Source: Pseudomonadota bacterium
GTDB lineage: Archaea; Thermoplasmatota; SW-10-69-26; JACQPN01; JAJPHT01
Length of the DNA: 57,391 bases
NCBI GenBank assembly: GCA_021325135.1
Contig: JAJPHT010000021.1
Span: 1 to 57,391 of the forward strand
Direction of reading: 5' to 3'
In this document: piece after piece, positions 18,979-29,058 of the stretch
How positions within the stretch are numbered: the first letter of the stretch is position 1
Layout: every line of letters begins with the position of its first letter
Position numbers and translations under genes: made by a program
Notes under the pieces: model-generated
The model's input: only the letters and a program-made list of their open reading frames with translations
Told to the model about the DNA's origin: nothing
The model's database searches: none

Positions 18979-19230
18979 TCACGGCCGGGCCCGAAGCTCC
19001 GCGTTGTTGATGCCCGCCGCGGCGAGCTCCTTCTTGAGGTGCTCCTCCTCGACGATGAGGGCGTTGATCTCGCGGGTGAGCTTCTCGCGCTCGGCGTGGA
19101 GCTTGGCCTTGCGCTCGCCCTGCGCCTCGGCTTCGTGCTCGCGGGCGCGGCGCAGGAGGCCGCGCTTGGTGCGCAGCTTGGACTCCATGCGGTTGAGGCG
19201 CGACTCCAGCCACCACGTCTTCAGGCCCAT
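18979..19230 (-). CDS. Small coiled-coil hypothetical protein
   Basis: MGLKTWWLESRLNRMESKLR...; host-like codon usage; CTTATG box upstream. Confidence 0.65.
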   Translation of the reverse strand: MGLKTWWLESRLNRMESKLRTKRGLLRRAREHEAEAQGERKAKLHAEREKLTREINALIVEEEHLKKELAAAGINNAELRARP

Positions 19231-19277
19231 GCCCAGCGCATCCCGGTGCGGGCTCATAAGCGCGATGGGCCCGGGGC

Positions 19278-19571
19278 TCACGCCTGGGTGCATGCGTGGC
19301 CGCCCAGGGAGTCGCCCACGCAGCGGACGATCCAGACGGCCTCCTGGCGGCAGTCGTAGGGCGTGCCGCAGGGGAGCGCGCTCACGGCGAGGGGGGTGTC
19401 GACGCACTGCGGGATCCAGGAGAATGCGTAGAGGCAGGCGTCGTGCGTGCCGCTGCAGGGCGTGGGGGCGGTGACGCCCGCGACGCACGCGTTGGCGGGG
19501 ACCGGCTGGGATGCCGAGGCGAGGGGGACGAGCAGGAGCGCGAGCAGGGCGCAAAGGGCGACGCGGGACAA
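19278..19571 (-). CDS. Small secreted Cys-rich protein
   Basis: Signal peptide ending ASA; 8 Cys in the ~77 aa mature part; TTG start inferred. Confidence 0.6.
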   Translation of the reverse strand: MSRVALCALLALLLVPLASASQPVPANACVAGVTAPTPCSGTHDACLYAFSWIPQCVDTPLAVSALPCGTPYDCRQEAVWIVRCVGDSLGGHACTQA

Positions 19572-19772
19572 GGGGTGTGCCTCCGCCCTCCGCAGGGAAG
19601 CCCGATCGCATAAGCCCGACGAGGCGCCAGCGGAGCTCCGTCCCACGTCAAGAGCGCGAGGCGCGCAGCGCCGAAGCGCGGTCGTTGCCTATCGCCCCTC
19701 GCCGCAGCGAGGGGCCGCGTAGGGCGTATTGCGCCGCTGGTACGCCAGCGGCCGTTGGTCCGCCAGCGGCTT

Positions 19773-21206
19773 CTAGAAGAGGGTCGCCTGGGAGGTCTTC
19801 CTCGTGGCCTCGCCCGGGATGTCCACGGGGTAGATGCCCGTGAGGCATCCCGTGCAGAGGTTGCGCGGCTCGTGGGCGATGGCCGTCTGGAGGCCGTCGA
19901 GGCTGATGTACGCCAGCGAGTCGGCGCCGATCATCCTGGCGATCTCGTCCACGGTGTGGTTGGCGGCGACGAGCTGCGTGCGCGTGTTCATGTCGATGCC
20001 CAGATAGCACGGGCTCTTGATGGGGGGGCTTCCGATGCGCACGTGGACCTCGGCGGCGCCCGCCTCGCGCAGCATGGCGACGATGCGCCGCATGGTGGTG
20101 CCGCGCACGATGCTGTCGTCCACCAGCACGACGCGCCGCCCGGAGACGACGGCCTGCACGGGGTTGAGCTTCATGCGGACGCCCATGTCGCGCGCCTGCT
20201 GCGAGGGCATGATGAAGGTGCGGTGGACGTAGCGGTTCTTCATGAGCCCCTCGGCGAAGGGGATGCCCGTGGCCTTGCTGTAGCCCAGGGCGTGCGTGCG
20301 GCCCGAGTCCGGGACGGGGATGACGACGTCCGCGTCCGCGGGCGCCTCCTTGCCCAGGAGCTCGCCGATCTTCGTGCGCACGTCGTGGACGGGGCGCTGG
20401 TCGATGACGCTGTCCGCCCGCGCGAAGTAGACGTACTCGAACATGCAGTGGGCGACCTCGCCGCTGCCGGCCGCGGGGTAGCTCTTGACGCCCTCGGCGC
20501 TGAGCTCCAGGATCTCGCCGGGCATGACGTCGCGCACGAGGCGCGCGTCCAGGATGTTGAGCGCCGTGCTCTCGGAGGCGACGACCCAGCCCTGCCCGTT
20601 GCGAAGCTCGCCGTAGCAGAGCGGCTTGATGGCGAGGGGGTCGCGCACGGCGTACACCTTCTCGCCCAGGAGGATGACGAAGCAGTACGACCCGGTGAGG
20701 TGCCGCATGACGCTGCGGATGGCGCGGGGCACGTTCTCGGTCTGCGCCAATTCGTTGGCCAGCATGCGCACCGCGACCTCGGTGTCGTTGGTGGTGAGGA
20801 ACGCCCACCCCTTGGACTTGAGGTCCTCGCGCAGCGCGGCGCTGTTCACCACGTCGCCGTTGTGCGCGAGCGCGAGCGTGCCGCGTTGCCCCTCGACGAC
20901 GACGGGCTGCGCGTTCTCCAGGAAGCTGCCGCCCGTGGTCGCGTAGCGGACGTGGCCGATGCCGACGTTGCCCTTCAGGGCGTCGAGCACGTCGGGGCCG
21001 AAGATGCCGTCCACGAGCCCCATGGCCTTGTGCGTGCGCGTCCCCGAGCCGTCGAAGACGCTGATGCCGCCCGACTCCTGGCCGCGGTGCTGGAGCGCGT
21101 GCAGGCCGTAGTAGAGAAGGGGCGCGGCGGACGACTTGGCGGCGACGCCCACGACGCCGCACTTGTCCTGGATGACCTCGTCGGCCTCGGCAAGATCGGG
21201 GTCCAT
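19773..21206 (-). CDS. purF: Amidophosphoribosyltransferase
   Basis: Propeptide then CGVVG, LQHRGQES, GHVRYAT, VDDSIVRGTT, Fe-S cysteines. Confidence 0.97.
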   Translation of the reverse strand: MDPDLAEADEVIQDKCGVVGVAAKSSAAPLLYYGLHALQHRGQESGGISVFDGSGTRTHKAMGLVDGIFGPDVLDALKGNVGIGHVRYATTGGSFLENAQPVVVEGQRGTLALAHNGDVVNSAALREDLKSKGWAFLTTNDTEVAVRMLANELAQTENVPRAIRSVMRHLTGSYCFVILLGEKVYAVRDPLAIKPLCYGELRNGQGWVVASESTALNILDARLVRDVMPGEILELSAEGVKSYPAAGSGEVAHCMFEYVYFARADSVIDQRPVHDVRTKIGELLGKEAPADADVVIPVPDSGRTHALGYSKATGIPFAEGLMKNRYVHRTFIMPSQQARDMGVRMKLNPVQAVVSGRRVVLVDDSIVRGTTMRRIVAMLREAGAAEVHVRIGSPPIKSPCYLGIDMNTRTQLVAANHTVDEIARMIGADSLAYISLDGLQTAIAHEPRNLCTGCLTGIYPVDIPGEATRKTSQATLF

Positions 21207-21325
21207 GCGGACGACCTCCGGGCACTCGCCCTGCGCGCCCATCGCCACTCCCCCTATAAATAGGGCAGCGCACCCCGTCGGGGGCGACACGGCGTGCCAC
21301 GCCGCCCGCCCTATGGGCGATGGCA

Positions 21326-21347
21326 TTTTATAGAAGTCCTCGTTTAG
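21326..21347 (+). promoter_or_regulatory. TATA box plus putative heat-shock element (hsp20-thermosome)
   Basis: TTTTATAGAAGTCCTCGTTTAG; 19/22 identical to the element upstream of dnaK. Confidence 0.7.
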
Positions 21348-21367
21348 GGGGCCTCGCGGTGAGCCCC

Positions 21368-21970
21368 ATGACACCCCCCGAGGACCCTTGGGACGCCTGG
21401 CGCAAGCGCGGCATGAACCCCCGCGACCTGCCGGCCTTCTTCGAGGAGTTCGAGAAGGAGTTCCCCGACTTCTTCCGGGACTTCGAGCGCGAGTTCGCTC
21501 GGATGCAGGGCATGATGGAGAAGGTCATGGAGGACGCCGTGAAGCACGCCAGCAGCCCGCGCCGCGGGGAGCCCTTCGTCTACGGCTTCTCCATGCGCGT
21601 CGGCTCCGACGGCGTGCCCCACCTCCAGCCCTTCGGCAGCGCGGTCAACCAGACCCCCCTCACGCCCGAGGAGGCCGGCGTCGCGCTCCCCCAGGCGCGC
21701 GAGCCGCTCTCGGACGTCATCGAGTCGGAGGGCGAGATCACGGTCACCGTGGAGCTTCCCGGCGCCGAGAAGCAGGACGTCCAGCTCCACGTCGCCGAGG
21801 AGGAGGTCACCGTCAAGGTCGAGAAGGGGCGCCGCTACGCGGCGCGCATCCATCTCCCCGCCAAGGTCGAGCCCGCCTCGGCCAAGGCCACGTTCAAGAA
21901 CAGCATCCTGGACCTGGTGCTGCGCAAGCGGCCCGAGGCCGCTTCCGGGCAGAGGGTCCACATCGAGTGA
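21368..21970 (+). CDS. hsp20: Archaeal small heat shock protein Hsp20
   Basis: [32 protein letters not shown]. Confidence 0.93.
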   Translation: MTPPEDPWDAWRKRGMNPRDLPAFFEEFEKEFPDFFRDFEREFARMQGMMEKVMEDAVKHASSPRRGEPFVYGFSMRVGSDGVPHLQPFGSAVNQTPLTPEEAGVALPQAREPLSDVIESEGEITVTVELPGAEKQDVQLHVAEEEVTVKVEKGRRYAARIHLPAKVEPASAKATFKNSILDLVLRKRPEAASGQRVHIE

Positions 21971-21989
21971 CGTTCGCAAGGTGAACAGA

Positions 21990-23606
21990 ATGCAGGGCAA
22001 CCAGCCGATCATCATCATGAAGGAAGGCACGACGCGGACCAAGGGCCGCAGCGCCCAGAGCAACAACATCCTCGCCGCGAAGGCCGTGGCCGAGGCGGTC
22101 CGCTCGACCCTGGGTCCGAAGGGCATGGACAAGATGCTCGTGGACAGCATGGGCGACGTCGTCATCACCAACGACGGGGCGACCATCCTCAAGGAGATCG
22201 ACGTCGCGCACCCCGCGGCGAAGATGATCATCGAGGTCGCCAAGACGCAGGAGAACGAGGTCGGCGACGGCACGACCACCAGCGTCGTCCTCGCGGGCGA
22301 GCTTCTCCGCCAGGCGGAGGACCTCATCGAGGACGTCCACCCCACGCTCATCACCCAGGGCTACCGCATGGCGGTCGGCAAGGCCCTGGAGGTCCTCAAG
22401 GGCATCGCCCACCAGATCAAGGCCAACGACAAGGACATGCTCCTGCGCATCGCGCGCACCAGCATGGCCAGCAAGGGCGCCAGCGCCTACAGCGACGTCC
22501 TCGCCGACGTCACCGTGCGCGCGGTGCAGGCCGTCGCCGAGGAGCACAACGGCAAGTGGGTCGTCGACAAGGACGCCATCAAGATCGAGAAGAAGACCGG
22601 CGGCAGCGTGCAGGACAGCGAGCTCGTGCTGGGCGTCGTGCTCGACAAGGAGCGCGCCCACACCCGCATGCCCAAGAGCGTCAAGGACGCCAAGGTGGCT
22701 CTCCTCAACGCGGCCCTGGAGATCAAGAAGACCGAGGTCGACGCCAACATCGAGATCACCGACCCCGGCCAGTTCCAGGCCTTCCTCGACGAGGAGGAGC
22801 GCACCCTGCGCCGCATGGTGGACGCCGTCAAGGCCTCCGGCGCCAACGTCCTCTTCACCCAGAAGGGCATCGACGACCTCGCGCAGCACTTCCTCGCCAA
22901 GGAGGGCGTCTTCGCCGTCAAGTCCGTCTCCGAGAAGGACATGAAGAAGCTCGCCCGCGCCACCGGCGCCAAGATCGTGAGCAACCTCAAGGAGCTCGGC
23001 GCCTCCGACCTCGGCCAGGCCGGCCTCGTCGAGCAGCGCAAGATCGGCGACGACGAGCTGACCTTCATCACCGAGTGCCCCAGCGCCAAGGCCGTCTCCA
23101 TCATGGTCCGCGGCGGCACCGAGCACGTCATCGACGAGGTCGAGCGCACCCTGGACGACGCCATCGGCGTCGTCACCACCGCCATCAAGGACGGCCAGTT
23201 CGTGGCCGGCGGCGGCGCCCCCGAGGTCGAGGTCGCCCTCGCCCTGCGCAAGCACGCCGCCACCGTGGGCGGCCGCGAGCAGCTGGCCATCGAGTGCTTC
23301 GCCGACGCGGTGGAGATCATCCCCCGCACCCTCGCCGAGAACGCGGGCCTCGACGCCATCAACGTCCTCGTGGACCTCCGCAGCGCCCACGAGAAGGGCC
23401 AGAAGCACGCCGGCATCAACCTCGACAGCGGCAAGGTCGAGGACATGCTCGCCCAGCACGTCATCGAGCCGCTGCGCGTCAAGACGCAGGCCCTCCAGAG
23501 CGCGACCGAGGTCGCGACCATGATCCTGCGCATCGACGACGTCATCGCCGCCAAGGAGTTCGAGGCTCCGAAGGGCGGCGGTGGCGGCGAGGACATGGAC
23601 TTCTAA
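21990..23606 (+). CDS. ths: Thermosome (group II chaperonin) subunit
   Basis: [34 protein letters not shown]. Confidence 0.97.
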   Translation: MQGNQPIIIMKEGTTRTKGRSAQSNNILAAKAVAEAVRSTLGPKGMDKMLVDSMGDVVITNDGATILKEIDVAHPAAKMIIEVAKTQENEVGDGTTTSVVLAGELLRQAEDLIEDVHPTLITQGYRMAVGKALEVLKGIAHQIKANDKDMLLRIARTSMASKGASAYSDVLADVTVRAVQAVAEEHNGKWVVDKDAIKIEKKTGGSVQDSELVLGVVLDKERAHTRMPKSVKDAKVALLNAALEIKKTEVDANIEITDPGQFQAFLDEEERTLRRMVDAVKASGANVLFTQKGIDDLAQHFLAKEGVFAVKSVSEKDMKKLARATGAKIVSNLKELGASDLGQAGLVEQRKIGDDELTFITECPSAKAVSIMVRGGTEHVIDEVERTLDDAIGVVTTAIKDGQFVAGGGAPEVEVALALRKHAATVGGREQLAIECFADAVEIIPRTLAENAGLDAINVLVDLRSAHEKGQKHAGINLDSGKVEDMLAQHVIEPLRVKTQALQSATEVATMILRIDDVIAAKEFEAPKGGGGGEDMDF

Positions 23607-23615
23607 GGTCTTCCC

Positions 23616-23653
23616 GAGGGCCGCTTCGCGGCCCTCCCTTTTCTCTTCACTTT
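23616..23653 (+). terminator. Hairpin plus pyrimidine-tract terminator
   Basis: gagggccgc-ttc-gcggccctc followed by ccttttctcttc. Confidence 0.7.
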
Positions 23654-23717
23654 CGGTCATCCTCGTGGGGCGACAGCCGCAGAATGGTCAAGCCTTCCGT
23701 GAAGCTCCAGCGAGAGC

Positions 23718-24128
23718 ATGGAAGGCTCGCGACCTTCGCTTGGCCCGGACTGGGTGGGCGCGCGCGTCGCGGCGGGCGTGGCCATCGTGGTGGGGCTGCT
23801 CGCGCTCGTCGGCCTCGCCTGGTGGCTGCGAGGCCTTGCCGAAGCGACCGCCCTCTTCCAACTGCTGCAAGGCGTCCTCCTTGGCACGCTGGGCTGGCTC
23901 TACGGCTCCCAGGGGGTGGAGCGGGCGCAGCAGGTCGCCGCCCAGGAGAATGCGGCGAGGCAGGAGGTCGAACGCTCTGGGGAGAGCCTCGACGCACGGA
24001 CACAACGCCTTGAACGGCGGCTGCGCGACCTTGCGGAGGAGATCGCAGCGGCGCGGAGCTATCATGATCATCATGATGGACCGAAGCCTGATGGCCCTCA
24101 AGACGGAATGAGGCGGGAAGCCCCATGA
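23718..24128 (+). CDS. Hypothetical 2-TM plus coiled-coil protein
   Basis: Two hydrophobic segments followed by a heptad-like charged helix. Confidence 0.6.
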   Translation: MEGSRPSLGPDWVGARVAAGVAIVVGLLALVGLAWWLRGLAEATALFQLLQGVLLGTLGWLYGSQGVERAQQVAAQENAARQEVERSGESLDARTQRLERRLRDLAEEIAAARSYHDHHDGPKPDGPQDGMRREAP

Positions 24129-24238
24129 GCGACATCGACCGCCTTCTGGCTGAAATCGAGGAGGAAATCCGCCTCTCCCAGCTCGCTCGCGAGCACTTTC
24201 GCCGCGTCGTCGCCGAGAACCGGCGCCGGTTGGGCTAG
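24125..24238 (+). CDS. Small helical protein (37 aa), not in the ORF track
   Basis: MSDIDRLLAEIEEEIRLSQLAREHFRRVVAENRRRLG; ATGA overlap with the upstream gene. Confidence 0.55.
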   Translation: MSDIDRLLAEIEEEIRLSQLAREHFRRVVAENRRRLG

Positions 24239-24345
24239 CCCTCGAGCTCCTCGGTGTCGACGGTGCCCTGCCGCAGCGCCAGGTGGCCCATGCGGAGGAT
24301 GTCGCCCTTCTCTGGCTCCTGCGCCGCGGCCTTGGCTCGGGGCAT
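24235..24345 (-). CDS. Small hypothetical protein (36 aa)
   Basis: MPRAKAAAQEPEKGDILRMGHLALRQGTVDTEELEG; GATAAG box ~25 nt upstream; host-like codons. Confidence 0.4.
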   Translation of the reverse strand: MPRAKAAAQEPEKGDILRMGHLALRQGTVDTEELEG

Positions 24346-24460
24346 GGGCCCGGCTTGGGCCGCCCCATGCTTATCTCCTCCGCTGCGCCGCCACTTTCGG
24401 GCCACCTCGATGGGCGGGAGCCGGAGGAGAGTGAAGCCTGGCTGCGCGCTCGTGGGGGGC

Positions 24461-24883
24461 ATGGACGCTCCCGACGAATCGAGCCGCGCCATCCTGTTCC
24501 TGCTCTACGAAGGCCACACCCACGAGGAGATCCTCGCGTTGCACCCCACGCTCACCCGCGACGACATCGCCCGCGCCGCCGGCGAGGGGCTGGCCGCGCT
24601 GGAGACGGCAGCAGGGATGCGCGTGGAGACGAGGGCCGAGCGCATCGCCCGCATGCGCGTCACGCACCCCAACGCGTTCATGCCGTGGACGGCCGAGGAG
24701 GACGCGCTCCTCCTGGTCATGGCGGGCGAGGGGCGCACGCTGCGGCAGATCGCGGCGGAGCTGGGCCGGCACACGGGCGCCATCCGGGCGCGCCTCGCCA
24801 AGTGGGAGGACGACCCCGAGGGCGCGAGGGCGAGGCTCACGGCAGCAGGAAGAACGCCGTCCCCAGGATCAGGTACACCATGA
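24461..24883 (+). CDS. DUF433-like plus Myb/HTH-like domain protein
   Basis: GHTHEEILALHPTLTRDDI..A (DUF433-like); WTAEED..L...G.TLRQIAAELGR..GAIRARL. Confidence 0.7.
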   Translation: MDAPDESSRAILFLLYEGHTHEEILALHPTLTRDDIARAAGEGLAALETAAGMRVETRAERIARMRVTHPNAFMPWTAEEDALLLVMAGEGRTLRQIAAELGRHTGAIRARLAKWEDDPEGARARLTAAGRTPSPGSGTP

Positions 24884-26006
24884 GGAGGAGCGCGCCCTCG
24901 AACCAGTTGCTCTCGCCGTCGTAGGCCACGAGGTTGAGCACCAGCACCGAGGCGCCCATGGCCACGACTTCCAGGAGAGGGAAGGCCAGGGAGAGCGGCT
25001 GCGAGAAGCCCTGGCTCACGAAGACCAGGAGGGGCGCCACGAAGAGCGCGATCTGGATGGAGGAGGCGGTCGCCACCTGGAGCGAGGCGTTCATGCGGTT
25101 CTTCCACGCCAGGGAGACGGCGCTCCAGTGCTCGGCCGCGTTGGCGACGATGGCGAGGACGATGGCGCCCACGAAGAGGTCCGTCCAGCCCAGCTCCTTG
25201 GCGGCGGGCGTGATGGTGTCCGTGAGCGTCTCGGCGGCGAGGGCCGCGACCACCGTCGCGACCGCGAGGACGACGAGCGCCTTCCGCAGCGACCAGACCT
25301 CGCGCGACGCGTGCGTGTGCGTGCCCGGCGCGTGGATGACGGGCGGCGCGTGGGCGTGCGCGCCCGCCACGCTCTCGGCGCCCGGCTCGAAGAGGTGCCG
25401 GTGCGTGCGCAGCGTGAAGACGAGCCCCAGCGCGTACGTGACCAGCAGGCCCGCCGAGAGGACGAGGCTCATGCGGTTGATGTCCACAGGCGCGTCCTTC
25501 ACCAGGATGGGCGCGAAGGCGGGCACGAAGAGGGCGATGACCGCGAGGAAGAGGAGCGTCGCCTGCACGTTGGCGGCCTTGCCCCCGAAGGTCTGCGAGC
25601 GGTGGCGCAGGCCGCCCACCAGCATCGCGGTGCCCAGGACCAGGAGGATGTTGGCCAGGATGGAGCCCGTGATCTCCGCCTGCACGACGCGCGGGAGCCC
25701 CTTCTGGAGCGCGAGGTAGCCGATGAGGAGCTCCACGCTGTTGGAGAGCGTCGCGAGGACGATGCTGCCCAGCCCGTGGCCGAGCCGGAGCGCCAGCGCC
25801 TCGGTGGAGAGGCCGATGAGGTACGCCAAGGGCACCAGGGCGAGGCCGCTGGCCAGGAACGCCAGGGTCGGGTGTCCCGCCCGCGCCGCCCACCACCCCA
25901 GGGGGAGGGCCGCCAGGAGGGCGTAGAGGCCGTGCACGGGCCGCAGGCGCCGGACCGCGGCCGGCTCCTCCTGGGCCTCCACGGGGACCTCCACAGCCTG
26001 GGCCAC
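24837..26006 (-). CDS. cax: Calcium/proton exchanger (CaCA family)
   Basis: [40 protein letters not shown]; start inferred at GTG 26006. Confidence 0.93.
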   Translation of the reverse strand: MAQAVEVPVEAQEEPAAVRRLRPVHGLYALLAALPLGWWAARAGHPTLAFLASGLALVPLAYLIGLSTEALALRLGHGLGSIVLATLSNSVELLIGYLALQKGLPRVVQAEITGSILANILLVLGTAMLVGGLRHRSQTFGGKAANVQATLLFLAVIALFVPAFAPILVKDAPVDINRMSLVLSAGLLVTYALGLVFTLRTHRHLFEPGAESVAGAHAHAPPVIHAPGTHTHASREVWSLRKALVVLAVATVVAALAAETLTDTITPAAKELGWTDLFVGAIVLAIVANAAEHWSAVSLAWKNRMNASLQVATASSIQIALFVAPLLVFVSQGFSQPLSLAFPLLEVVAMGASVLVLNLVAYDGESNWFEGALLLMVYLILGTAFFLLP

Positions 26007-26116
26007 GCCCGGACCACGAGGGCCCCCGAGATGAACGTTGGGCTCCGCGGAGGCCAGGCGCTCCACACCAATGGTTTTATAGGGGTCTGGGAATCCCCGC
26101 CTCCCAGGGTGCTGCC

Positions 26117-26395
26117 ATGGCCACCAAGAAGTCCGCTTCTAGCTCCCCCTCCGAGGAGAAGTTCATGCGCTTCGAGCGGGCCCGCATCATCGGCGCCCGC
26201 GCGCTTCAGATCGCCATGGGCGCGCCCGTGATCCTCAATGTCGAGCGCGGCTTCCTGGACCCCGTCTCCCTGGCCGAGCGCGAGTTCCGCGAGGGGCTCA
26301 TCCCCATCACCGTCATCCGGCCCACCCACATGACGCCGCGCCGCAAGAAGCCGGCCATCACCGTGACGCCGAAGTTCCTGCGCAAGGCCGCGTAG
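26117..26395 (+). CDS. rpoK: DNA-directed RNA polymerase subunit K (Rpo6)
   Basis: [20 protein letters not shown]; TTTTATAG box at ~26075. Confidence 0.96.
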   Translation: MATKKSASSSPSEEKFMRFERARIIGARALQIAMGAPVILNVERGFLDPVSLAEREFREGLIPITVIRPTHMTPRRKKPAITVTPKFLRKAA

Positions 26396-26413
26396 GCCCT
26401 GATATCGTTCTCC

Positions 26414-28351
26414 TCACCAGGGCGGCGGCCTTTCGTCGGTCCGCGGCTCGTGAGGGGGATACGTCGGCACGTTCTCGCGGATCCACTCCTCCTCGTCGTC
26501 CTTCTTGGGGATGAGGGCGAGGAAGCCCAGGCCCGCGCCCAGCGCCATGCCCACGGCGAAGGCGCCCGCGATCCACGAGGGGGGCGCGTACACCTGGGGG
26601 AGCCCCTGGAAGCGCGTCTGCGTGGGCGCGGGGGCGTTGCCGAAGGCGCCGGGCAGGCCCGCGAGGTTGGCCGCGACGCGCGCCTGGCCGTACATGGTGA
26701 GCTGCTCGCCCGCGTCGGTCTGCGTGGCGGCGAACTCGTACTGGCTCTCGGCGAGGAAGGGCTCGACGCCCCGGGCGCGCGCGGTCTGGATGGCGCGGGC
26801 GGCGGCGAGGCGCGCGGCCTCGATCTTCTCGGCGGGCACGGTGCCCTGGAAGCCCGCGACCTCCAGGAGCACGCTCGCGCGCACCTCGGCCTCCAGGGCG
26901 TCGAGCATCGCGGCGGCGTAGAGCCCCTCGTCGTGGGCGGCCTGCGCCTCGGCCAGCGTGGCGCGCGCGTCGCTCACGGTGGCCTGGATGTTGGCCTGGC
27001 CGAAGACGGCCTCGACGTAGGCGATCTCCTCGTCGGCGGCGGTGATCTCGTCGCGCGCGAGCCCCGCGAGGCCCGACTCGTCGATGGGCGAGCCCTTGCG
27101 GAACCCTTGCCCCAGGCGCAGCCACCACGTGGCGGTGTTGGCGCGCTCCGCGGCGTAGGCGGCCTGGTGCAGCGCCTGGAGCGCCTGCCCCGCGCTGGTG
27201 GCGTTCTCCGCCGTGGACTGCGCGTCGGCGAGGCGCCCTTCGGCCTCGATGACGCGCACCTGCGCCGCGCCCGCGGACTCGAAGACGCCCGTGTCGGCGA
27301 TCTTGAACGCGCCCACCTGCGAGCGGGCGCCCTCCACCGTGCTCCGGGCGTCGGCGAGGCGCGCGTCAAGCTCGGCCGGCGTGCTCCCCGCGTCCTGGAA
27401 CCTCTTCGCGTCGCGGACGTAGTGCGCGTCGATGGCGGCCTGGAAGGAGCGCGACGCCGCGGTGTAGTACGTGCCATTGGCCATGGCGGAGCGCGCGGCG
27501 GCCTGCGCGTCCAGCGCGCACGCGAGGCGCACCGCGAGCGTGAGGTCCGTGTCGCTGGCGCAGGAGGAAGCAGGCGAGACGCCCGAGGAGGCGGCGTCCA
27601 CGAGCGACTGCGAGGCGTTCACGAGGTCCGCCGCCAGGGGTGCCAGCCGCGCGAGGTACGCCTCTCCGGTGACGTTGCCGCTCACCGGCGGCAGCACGAT
27701 CTGGTGGTCGGTCATGACGTTGACCGCGTCCACGACGTCGCTCACCGGGATGCAGGTGATGTGGAGTTGCGTCGAGCAGTACTGCGTGAGGTTCACGTCC
27801 TGCCGCGTGGAGGAGAGCGTCGTGATCTCCTCGCCCGCGGGGAAGAGGAAGGTGGTGACGCCCGTCTGCGCCGCGGCGGCCGCCTTCTCGGGGATGCCGC
27901 CCACGGGGCCCACGCTGCCGTCGGGCTCGATGGTGCCCGTCATGAGCACGTCGGGGCGCACCTTCCAGCCGTTGAGCGCGGCCACCGTGCCCACCGTCAT
28001 GTCGGCGCCCGCGCTGGGGCCTCCGATCTGCTCGCTGTTGCTGCGGATGACGAAGAAGAAGTCGTGGTCCGCTAGGTCAGTCCCGCTGATCTGGCTCGCG
28101 ACGCGGGCGGCGAGGCGCGCCGAGCCCTGCATGTCGACGGCCGTGAGCGGGAACGTGTCCAGGAAGATGTGCCCCGACCCGTTGGTCGCGGTCGTGATGG
28201 TGATGGTGGCCGTGGAGCCCACGAAGCCGTTGGCGGAGTCCGACACGGCCGCGGCGCGGATGACCACGGGGGCCCCCAGGTCCAGGGGACCCGCCGAGGC
28301 GAGGGGGGCAAGGAGGAGCAGCACGCACGCGAGGGCAAGGACCTGGCGCAC
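26414..28351 (-). CDS. Secreted, membrane-anchored S16 (Lon-like) serine protease
   Basis: Signal peptide; GGPSAG (Ser) and GGIPEK (Lys) dyad; helical middle; C-terminal TM helix. Confidence 0.88.
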   Translation of the reverse strand: MRQVLALACVLLLLAPLASAGPLDLGAPVVIRAAAVSDSANGFVGSTATITITTATNGSGHIFLDTFPLTAVDMQGSARLAARVASQISGTDLADHDFFFVIRSNSEQIGGPSAGADMTVGTVAALNGWKVRPDVLMTGTIEPDGSVGPVGGIPEKAAAAAQTGVTTFLFPAGEEITTLSSTRQDVNLTQYCSTQLHITCIPVSDVVDAVNVMTDHQIVLPPVSGNVTGEAYLARLAPLAADLVNASQSLVDAASSGVSPASSCASDTDLTLAVRLACALDAQAAARSAMANGTYYTAASRSFQAAIDAHYVRDAKRFQDAGSTPAELDARLADARSTVEGARSQVGAFKIADTGVFESAGAAQVRVIEAEGRLADAQSTAENATSAGQALQALHQAAYAAERANTATWWLRLGQGFRKGSPIDESGLAGLARDEITAADEEIAYVEAVFGQANIQATVSDARATLAEAQAAHDEGLYAAAMLDALEAEVRASVLLEVAGFQGTVPAEKIEAARLAAARAIQTARARGVEPFLAESQYEFAATQTDAGEQLTMYGQARVAANLAGLPGAFGNAPAPTQTRFQGLPQVYAPPSWIAGAFAVGMALGAGLGFLALIPKKDDEEEWIRENVPTYPPHEPRTDERPPPW

Positions 28352-28443
28352 GCGCCCCGATCCCGCCCCTCGGCCATGACGCTTTTGGCTTTTCGCGTCG
28401 CAGAAGCCCGCATTCTTGAGGAGGGAGCGAGAATGCACCTTCC

Positions 28444-29058
28444 GTGACGGACCGGCCCCCGGTCATCCTCCTCCCCGGCGCCTTCGGGCAGGAGCTTGTC
28501 TACTGGAACGCGTGGCAGTGGTTCCTGGAGCGCGACGGCTTCCACGTCTACCTCGCCTCGTTCCCCCGCTTCACGTTCCACGACCTGCGTGTCTCCGCGC
28601 GCCACCTGGCCGGCAAGGTGGAGGAGGTGCGCGCCGTGGAGGGCGCCGAGCGCGTCGCGCTGGTGGGCCACAGCATGGGGGGCCTCATCGCGCGCTGGTA
28701 CGTGAAGTTCCTGGAGGGCGCGCCCCGCGTCTCGCGCCTCTGCTGCCTGGGCGTGCCCCACCACGGCACGTGGACCGCCGCCACCGCGCCCGTCCTCACC
28801 GGCACGCGCCAGATCCTCCCCGGCTCCCCCTTCCTCGACGAGCTCAACGACGGCGCGGACCACGGCGGCGTGCCCATCCTGAACATCTGGAGCAAGTGGG
28901 ACGGCATCGTCGTCCCGGCCCAGAGCGCCCTCCTCGACCTGCCCGGCGTCGAGAACCAGGCCATCCCCTTCGCGGGGCACTGGGGCCTCCTCGTGTCGCG
29001 GAAGGCGTACACGGCGGTCAAGGGCGCGCTGGAGCGGGACGTGGCGGCACCCGCCTGA
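28444..29058 (+). CDS. Alpha/beta-fold lipase/esterase
   Basis: VGHSMGG, G.PHHGT, D.IV.P, GH. Confidence 0.9.
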   Translation: MTDRPPVILLPGAFGQELVYWNAWQWFLERDGFHVYLASFPRFTFHDLRVSARHLAGKVEEVRAVEGAERVALVGHSMGGLIARWYVKFLEGAPRVSRLCCLGVPHHGTWTAATAPVLTGTRQILPGSPFLDELNDGADHGGVPILNIWSKWDGIVVPAQSALLDLPGVENQAIPFAGHWGLLVSRKAYTAVKGALERDVAAPA

